NCBI RefSeq assembly: GCF_000015145.1
Contig: NC_008818.1
Coordinates: 960,001 to 992,000, forward strand
Source of the DNA: Hyperthermus butylicus DSM 5456
GTDB taxonomy: Archaea > Thermoproteota > Thermoprotei_A > Sulfolobales > Pyrodictiaceae
DNA length: 32,000 nt
Reading direction: 5' to 3'
A model generated the notes under the pieces. The model did no database searches. It had not been told where the DNA came from and saw only the letters and a program-made list of their open reading frames with translations. Positions 26,424 through 32,000 of this stretch are shown here, one piece after another. Each line of letters begins with the position of its first letter. The first letter of the stretch is position 1. The translations under genes and the position numbers were made by a program.

Positions 26424-26936
26424 TTGGCCAGGCTCTATACGTACCTAACCGTGACGCTGAGTTTAAAGCCGCAAAAGTCATTGCCACAGCTGATAAGCCT
26501 TGTGGAGATGTCACATCCCTCACTAGAACTTGTGGACTTCAACGAGGAGACACGCCGCGTCGTCATACGTGCTAGGGCTTCTGAGGCACCCTTCCTCGAG
26601 AAGCTCCTCAGGGACTATGCCTCCTCCGCCTCAATAGAGGTTAAGGCTTCCCTCCGTACAAAGATAGATGTCAAGAAGCTGCGTAGCATCGGGGTACGCT
26701 ACATAGCCTATGGCGGCAGAATTCTCTTCTACACGCGGTGCAGGGATGACGCGGTTTTCGGTGAGGCAAGGGGTAGAGAGATATTGCTAAAGTACTGTAG
26801 GTGGGCTAGCAGTGTGGATCCAGCAGCTCTTCCCCCAGCACTCTGTAGTTTCTCCCAGATAGAGGGTCTAGTCGAACTCGTATCCAGCGCTAGACGGTGT
26901 TTCGGGGAGCTGCTTAGAACTCTGGGGCTGGCCTAG
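26424..26936 (+). CDS. Hypothetical archaeal protein
   Basis: 170-aa ORF, TTG start; first half MARLYTYLTVTLSLKPQKSLPQLISLVEMSHPSLELVDFNEETRRVVIRARASE; no family firmly recognised. Confidence 0.6.
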   Translation: MARLYTYLTVTLSLKPQKSLPQLISLVEMSHPSLELVDFNEETRRVVIRARASEAPFLEKLLRDYASSASIEVKASLRTKIDVKKLRSIGVRYIAYGGRILFYTRCRDDAVFGEARGREILLKYCRWASSVDPAALPPALCSFSQIEGLVELVSSARRCFGELLRTLGLA

Positions 26937-26967
26937 AAGGTTTTGTTAGGTGTTGCTTGAAGCGTAT

Positions 26968-26977
26968 GTTTTAAAGC
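26968..26977 (+). promoter_or_regulatory. TATA-like element upstream of alba
   Basis: GTTTTAAAGC about 45-55 nt upstream of the TTG start, with a purine-rich GGAAGGGGGAGG just before the start. Confidence 0.5.
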
Positions 26978-27020
26978 ACTTTATGCGAGATAGGCAGCGC
27001 GGAAGGGGGAGGTGTAGGGC

Positions 27021-27290
27021 TTGGCTGTGGAGGAGAATGTTGTCGTTATTGGTAAGAAGCCTGTCACAGACTACGTTCTCGCAGCGATACTTTTGTTCAA
27101 CGAGGGCTATGATGAAGTAATCATTAAGGGTCAGGGCAACAATGTGAGCAAGGCGGTTGATGTGTATAATGCATTAGCAAATAGGCTTCAAGATGGTATA
27201 GAGCTTGTAGATGTTAAGATCGATAGTGTTGAGCGTGGTAGGAGACTCGTACCAGTTATAGAGATAAAGGTTCGAAGAAAGATAGTTTAA
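27021..27290 (+). CDS. albA: DNA/RNA-binding protein Alba
   Basis: 89 aa; NVVVIGKKPVTDYVLAAILLFNEGYDEVIIKGQGNNVSKAVDVYNALANRL; TTG start. Confidence 0.96.
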   Translation: MAVEENVVVIGKKPVTDYVLAAILLFNEGYDEVIIKGQGNNVSKAVDVYNALANRLQDGIELVDVKIDSVERGRRLVPVIEIKVRRKIV

Positions 27291-27409
27291 AGATGTGCTA
27301 GGGCCACCAAGACTTCTTCCAAGCTTCACTCTATACTCCTGGACGACCTAGCTACGCCTCTAGTTGCCTCTCCGCCACACACATATAACTCCATATCCTC
27401 AGCTAGCTA

Positions 27410-28804
27410 GTGCTAGAGAAGACTAAATTGTTGGCTAACTTCTCGGCGAGGCGTCCTGCCTTGGCTGGTGAGGCTGCAATACCGAGCGTGGCTTGGAACG
27501 AGCAGGTGGGGCTGCTTGCGCGTATAGTTGTTGCACTTTTCGCGGGTATGCTGGTTGGTATTGAGCGTGAGAAGGCTAGGACTGTAGCGTTAAGGAGTAG
27601 GAGGAGGACGGATGTTGAGGAGATAGTTATTAAGGAGGTTCCTGGGCTTAGGACCTTCAGTCTTGTAGCGGTTTTCGGCTCAATACTTGGGATACTATGG
27701 AGTGGTGGCTACATAGATTCGGCACAGACAGCTGTTCTACTAGGCGTATTTGGCATTATTGTTGCCGTCTTTGCTACACATAGGCTCCTAGTAATGAGGT
27801 CTACTGGTATAACCACGATAATCGTATTGTTAGTAGACTTCGGCATAGGTCTCCTAGCAGGTCTAGGTCTTATACTAGTAGCTGTGAGCGTAGCCGTCCT
27901 CTCAACATTCATGCTGGCTATAAAGCTGCCGGCGGAGCGTATAGTGGGCCGCATAAGGTACGAGGAATTCCTCTGGGCATTGGAGCTTGGTGTTATACTG
28001 ATAGTTGTTGGTCCATTCTTCCTCGGGCTCCCAGCGTCATTCTATGGTGTTAGTCTTCGCAGCCTCTACCTCTTCTTCGCACTGGTACTGGCGACGTCCT
28101 ATCTGGGCTATGTTATGGCTCGGCTTAAGGGTGGCGAAGGGATAGCGTATACAGCCTTCTTTGGTGGCCTAGCTAACAGTGAGGCTACCCTTGTAGGCTT
28201 GCTTTCAATACTTGATCAAACGCTTCGGAGGCTGCTAGCATTTGATGTTACAGTATTGTCGAATACAGCTATGATACTAAGGAACACGGTTATAGCAGCA
28301 GTGATGACCTATGTGTCGGGTTATGTAGATTATGAGGTCGTAATACTAGTCCCTCTTCTAGCTTCTACAGCCCTAGCACTATTGCCTGCAGTACTTTCCT
28401 GGCGCAGGGCGCCCCAGCGCATAGCGGGGATCGAGTCTCTACGCATAGAGAACCCGCTGCGTTTAAGCACTGCAGCTAGAATGACGCTTCTCTATGTAGC
28501 TATAGCCTTTACGGCCAATGTTGTCCGCAGAACTGGTATCCTCGGCTTAATATCGGTAGCTGCTGCTGGCGGCTTCGTTTCAAGCGGGGCGACAATAATT
28601 GCGCTCTTCTCCGTAGATGGTATTGATCCGGCACTACTCCCGGCACTGGTCCTCATAGCCGTTGTCATGGGTGTCTTAAACAAGCCCGTCTACGTCTACA
28701 TAGCTGGCTGGAAGAGCCGAGAGGTACTAGCAAAGGTTGGGGGGGCAACGCTACTGCAAGCAGTCCTTATGGTTCCAGGGCTACTCATAACCCTGCTACT
28801 CTAG
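27410..28804 (+). CDS. MgtC/SapB family membrane protein with DUF4010-like C-terminal half
   Basis: 464 aa, many TM segments; LLARIVVALFAGMLVGIEREKAR...VPGLRTFSLVAVFGSILGIL typical of MgtC/SapB; GEGIAYTAFFGGLANSEATL in the C-terminal half. Confidence 0.8.
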   Translation: MLEKTKLLANFSARRPALAGEAAIPSVAWNEQVGLLARIVVALFAGMLVGIEREKARTVALRSRRRTDVEEIVIKEVPGLRTFSLVAVFGSILGILWSGGYIDSAQTAVLLGVFGIIVAVFATHRLLVMRSTGITTIIVLLVDFGIGLLAGLGLILVAVSVAVLSTFMLAIKLPAERIVGRIRYEEFLWALELGVILIVVGPFFLGLPASFYGVSLRSLYLFFALVLATSYLGYVMARLKGGEGIAYTAFFGGLANSEATLVGLLSILDQTLRRLLAFDVTVLSNTAMILRNTVIAAVMTYVSGYVDYEVVILVPLLASTALALLPAVLSWRRAPQRIAGIESLRIENPLRLSTAARMTLLYVAIAFTANVVRRTGILGLISVAAAGGFVSSGATIIALFSVDGIDPALLPALVLIAVVMGVLNKPVYVYIAGWKSREVLAKVGGATLLQAVLMVPGLLITLLL

Positions 28805-28820
28805 CTCATCGGGATATTGG

Positions 28821-29363
28821 CTATAATGTGAAGCTAAACTTCTGGAACAATGCTGCGTACCCCGCATCAACTAGAACGGTTAGTACGCGGACGCCGGCAG
28901 AGTATAGGCCTGCAACAGCATATGCTGGCGCATCGGTTACATCGACTACGCGTGCCGAGAAGCCGCGTGTAATTCTCGCTACTCTCCTTACAACCTCCTT
29001 AACGTGTAGCCTTGTACTCGGCTGTAGGGGTACACGGTATACATCTACAATCCTCTCCGCGGCAAGGACTTCGAGGAGTGTGTTAAGAGGCCCCCACCCC
29101 TCTACGGGCTCAGAGGACGCAATAACCCTGATCCTGCGTGCACCTTTAACCCTGGAATAGGCTATCGCTGCTAGCACGGGCTCCACGGCTGTCCGAGCGA
29201 TGACAGTGTCAGGCACAGCGTCGCCTCCTACCCTCTGAGCTATCGCTTCAAAGGCCTCGTCAAGCGACTCCAGCACTGTTTCGATGAGCTGCCTCCTAAC
29301 ATCCTCCCTTCCCGATGCCAGTGCCAGCCTGAAGAGGTCACCTACGCCGAGCCCGGGCTGCAA
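28821..29363 (-). CDS. Hypothetical protein with Rossmann-like core
   Basis: 180 aa; RRIRVIASSEPVEGWGPLNTLLEVLAAERIVDVYRVPL...SARVVDVTDAPAYAVAGLYSAGVRVLTVLVDAGYAALFQ; alternating strand/helix pattern; 6 nt from the next gene on the same strand. Confidence 0.6.
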   Translation of the reverse strand: MQPGLGVGDLFRLALASGREDVRRQLIETVLESLDEAFEAIAQRVGGDAVPDTVIARTAVEPVLAAIAYSRVKGARRIRVIASSEPVEGWGPLNTLLEVLAAERIVDVYRVPLQPSTRLHVKEVVRRVARITRGFSARVVDVTDAPAYAVAGLYSAGVRVLTVLVDAGYAALFQKFSFTL

Positions 29364-29369
29364 ACCCCT

Positions 29370-29957
29370 CTACACCTCACAAGCAACCCTTGCGGTTACT
29401 ATGCCGCTGCTAGCCTCTATAACGCTGTAGCAGCTTGGCCTTGTAGCCAGAGAGCCGGGGCAAACATGCAGTATTCCGTCAATGTAGAATGTGCCGGGAC
29501 ACATGCATTCCCCAATAACCACCGCTAGGGGCTTGTACTGGTAGAGCTTGTGGAGCTCAAGGAGTCCCCTCCTTGCTCCCGGCAGCGTAGAATAATCCAT
29601 AACCATGTATGGTGGGTAGTAGGTTGCAAGTATGAAGCTTCTGGGCTTAACCTCCCCTAGCTCTCTTAAAAGCGAGTAGATATTGGCTACGGGCTCTCTC
29701 CCACCGATACCGCCAAAGTAGAGCCCGTCAATGTACGCCAGGTGGCCCTCTACGAGGTAACCAATCGAGTCTATAACTCTTGCAATATGATGGTCATCGC
29801 TTCTCCCAGCTACTCCTACGACAACCTTACACAGAGCCGCAGCCTCTTCGAGAACCCTCGCAGAGCCCACATCGCCGAGAATCAGCAGAACGTCGCAATC
29901 CCTGAAGATACTCTTCCAGCTTGCTCTATCAAGGCCGCGTACAGCTATTATCCGCAT
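29370..29957 (-). CDS. Degenerate calcineurin-like metallophosphoesterase homologue, probably lacking metal ligands
   Basis: 195 aa; MRIIAVRGLDR, DVLLILGDVG, VVVGVAGRSDD, YIDGLYFGGIGG, FILATYYPPYMVMDYS, AVVIGECMC, HVCPGSL align by order with DxH / GD / GNxD / THxPP / GHxH / NPGSL of the family. Confidence 0.6.
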   Translation of the reverse strand: MRIIAVRGLDRASWKSIFRDCDVLLILGDVGSARVLEEAAALCKVVVGVAGRSDDHHIARVIDSIGYLVEGHLAYIDGLYFGGIGGREPVANIYSLLRELGEVKPRSFILATYYPPYMVMDYSTLPGARRGLLELHKLYQYKPLAVVIGECMCPGTFYIDGILHVCPGSLATRPSCYSVIEASSGIVTARVACEV

Positions 29958-30174
29958 ATACGGGCCCTCGGCGCTACAATGCGTCTACATCCAAGTGTTC
30001 AGGTCCGCCCATCGCTCCTCACGGGGCCGCCACTCTCCTACATACCCGGCTACAACAGCTATTATAGCTGCTGCCCGCAGCCTCCAACTCCGGGGGAGGA
30101 GTGGGGCCGATGAAGCACTATGGTAGCGGGTATGGGGAGGCCAGCCGTTGACCGGCACGCCGGCCCCCGAGGCC

Positions 30175-30744
30175 CTAGCAGGTAACCTCATCTATTTCCA
30201 TTCCGTGGTTCTTGTTTATCTCGTGTTGGAGCAGGTAGAGCAGATCGCTGAGCCTATTGAGGAGACGGGCTGGAAGCTCCACTTGGCCCTGCGGGAGCCC
30301 TACCTCCCATACACAGCGCCAGAATGCTCTCTCAGCCCGCCTTGTAACAGCCCTTGCAAGTGATACGGCAGCAGCTGCTGGGTGGCCCCCATTCAGTTTG
30401 AACGTTGGCTCAAGGTTCTGGGAGAGCTTCTCCACCAGGCTTTCAACCCACTTGAGGTCTTCGGGGCCTAGACAGGTGCGGCCATTAATGGTGAAGCCTA
30501 TACGGAAGAGTAGTTGCTGAACCTTCTTTAGTATGATGGCTATGTGTCTATTCCTCTTGTCGAGCCACTCTAGAATGCTCATTGCCAGTCCTATAGCTGC
30601 TTCAGCCTCGTCGAGGGTGCCGACAAATTCTACACAAGGGTGAGACTTGGGAACCCAGCCAGCGCAGGGTACGAATGTGTAGCCGCTATCACCGAGGCCG
30701 GTGGAGAGTTTTAGCCCTAGTCTTTGCTCTACTGGCACAACCAC
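30175..30744 (-). CDS. PduO-type cob(I)alamin adenosyltransferase-like protein
   Basis: 189 aa; STGLGDSGYT (TRxGDxGxT-like), VEFVGTLDEAEAAIGLA, KLNGGHPAAAAVSLARAVTRRAERAFW, LPARLLNRLSDLLYLLQHEINKN. Confidence 0.8.
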   Translation of the reverse strand: MVVPVEQRLGLKLSTGLGDSGYTFVPCAGWVPKSHPCVEFVGTLDEAEAAIGLAMSILEWLDKRNRHIAIILKKVQQLLFRIGFTINGRTCLGPEDLKWVESLVEKLSQNLEPTFKLNGGHPAAAAVSLARAVTRRAERAFWRCVWEVGLPQGQVELPARLLNRLSDLLYLLQHEINKNHGMEIDEVTC

Positions 30745-30931
30745 CGCCGTTAAAGCATTGGCCTACACGGTGGTTTTACGGGGTTTAGGGTACATCGCTG
30801 TTATTTGGTGCCAGAGGTTTTGCAACTATTTAACACTTAGTATCTAACGGTTTTCAATATGTTTAAAGGGATGTTTGGCTGCGTTGGTACATGGAAGTAA
30901 CGGCCAACTTTCGATGAAGGTGTAGCTCGGC

Positions 30932-32000
30932 TTGCCTCTAAGCGAGGTTAACTTGTTAATAGGTGGTCCTCAAGGCTTGGGCATAGAGACTACAGCATAT
31001 GTGTTGACAACGGCGTTTACCGTTGCGGGCTACGGTGTTCTCTCTGAGAGGGAGTACCACTCAAACATTATTGGCAGGCATAGTTACATAATTATGAGGA
31101 TTTCATCCCGGGACATACCCAGAGCTCTCACCTACCCGATAGATATTGTAGCGGCTATCGATGCTGAAACAGTGTTTACGCATTTCGAGGACGTTAAGCA
31201 GGGGGTGTATTCATCTACGACAAGAACACTGAGAACGTGGAGCTAGAGACCATAGTCTCCATGGACTCGGCTAGAAAGGAGAGGCTGATAAAATACCTTG
31301 ACAGTCTAGGTGTAGGTCACACGGTAGGCGATGTAGTTAAGCTCCTCGAGAACCGTGGTGTAAAGACAGTGGGCATAGACTATAGGCAGCTTACGGGCGA
31401 GCTTGCAGAGAAGTTTGGCGTGCCGAGAAGAATGCTGCAGAGGTTTACAAACTCCATACTTGCGGGTGCTGTAGCTGCGCTAACCGGTCTTGACCTTGAA
31501 GCTATTCGTGAAGGCTTTATGAAGAGGTTTCGGGGAAGAGAGCACATAGTCGAGCCTAACATGTACATAGTCTCGAGGGCTAAGGAGGTAGTTGAGGCCC
31601 TCGTTGGCAGGATATTTGAGCTCGAGGAGAGCAGGCTACCCTATGACGAGCTGCTGATAGTTAGCGGTAACGAAATAGTAGCAATGGCAAAGGTTGTTAG
31701 TGGCGTACGTTTTCAGTCCTACTACCCAATAACTCCTGCTCAGGATGAGAGCTTCTTCCTCGAGAACTATGAGGTGCTGGACGACGGGTCAAAGAAGCTC
31801 GGAACAATAGTGGTATTCCAGACCGAGGATGAGATAGCGGCAATAGCAGCAGCTATTGGTGCAGCACTAACCGGTGTAAGAGCCTCAACAGCTACTAGCG
31901 GACCCGGTTTTGACCTTATGGCCGAGGGGCTCTCTTGTGCCGGCATGTGCGAGGCACCTGTAGTGATTACGTTCTACCAGCGTGGCGGTCCGTCGACGGG
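30932..32000 (+). CDS. 2-oxoacid:ferredoxin oxidoreductase, gamma/alpha-type subunit, with apparent -1 frameshift at the G5 run 31201-31205; truncated by window edge
   Basis: Frame 1: LLIGGPQGLGIETTAYVLTTAFTVAGYGVLSEREYHSNIIGRHSYIIMRISS...ETVFTHFEDVKQG; then frame -1: GVFIYDKNTENVELETIVSMDSARKERLIKYLDSLG...SGNEIVAMAKVVSGVRFQSYYPITPAQDESFF...TEDEIAAIAAAIGAALTGVRASTATSGPGFDLMAEGLSCAGMCEAPVVITFYQRGGPSTG. Confidence 0.9.

Noticed and set aside
29742-30363. ORFs 29742-30113 (+), 29985-30191 (-) and 30148-30363 (+)
   Set aside because: Overlap genes with better support or sit in the gap with compositionally odd, motif-free translations.
1-32000. CRISPR array, transposase or integrated element
   Set aside because: No regularly spaced repeats, no transposase or integrase motifs and no cas genes were seen in reading the window; content is mostly housekeeping.

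Overview
The window looks like ordinary chromosomal DNA of a hyperthermophilic crenarchaeon. A Desulfurococcales/Pyrodictiaceae-like source is my inference from gene content and TTG/GTG starts, not a database result. Recognisable genes: a truncated tmcA missing from the ORF track, hisS, a non-catalytic EndA-like tRNA endonuclease subunit, mtnA (with an apparent frameshift), a small type IV filament locus (pilin-like protein, ATPase, TadC/FlaJ-like membrane protein) plus a distant prepilin-peptidase-like gene, top6B-top6A-deoC, a Zn-ribbon/ASCH pair, a GlmU-like nucleotidyltransferase with glmS, thrS, radA, a HIT protein, an Lhr-type helicase, alba, an MgtC/DUF4010-type membrane protein, a PduO-type corrinoid adenosyltransferase next to an apparently inactive phosphoesterase, and a 2-oxoacid:ferredoxin oxidoreductase alpha chain (also with an apparent frameshift). 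I found no CRISPR array, transposon, tRNA or rRNA gene, and no clear new defence system. The best unannotated signals are C/D-box sRNA candidates: two in tandem just after the lhr stop, one just after deoC, and a weaker one between glmS and thrS. Three of them carry guides complementary to 23S rRNA segments that I recall as highly conserved. Other leads are two single-base frame breaks, one at a G5 run, a metal-ligand-less phosphoesterase homologue, a perfect palindrome beside the radA TATA box, and a hairpin-rich intergenic region near 14.03-14.13 kb. Most plus-strand ORFs in the track that lie opposite minus-strand genes look spurious.
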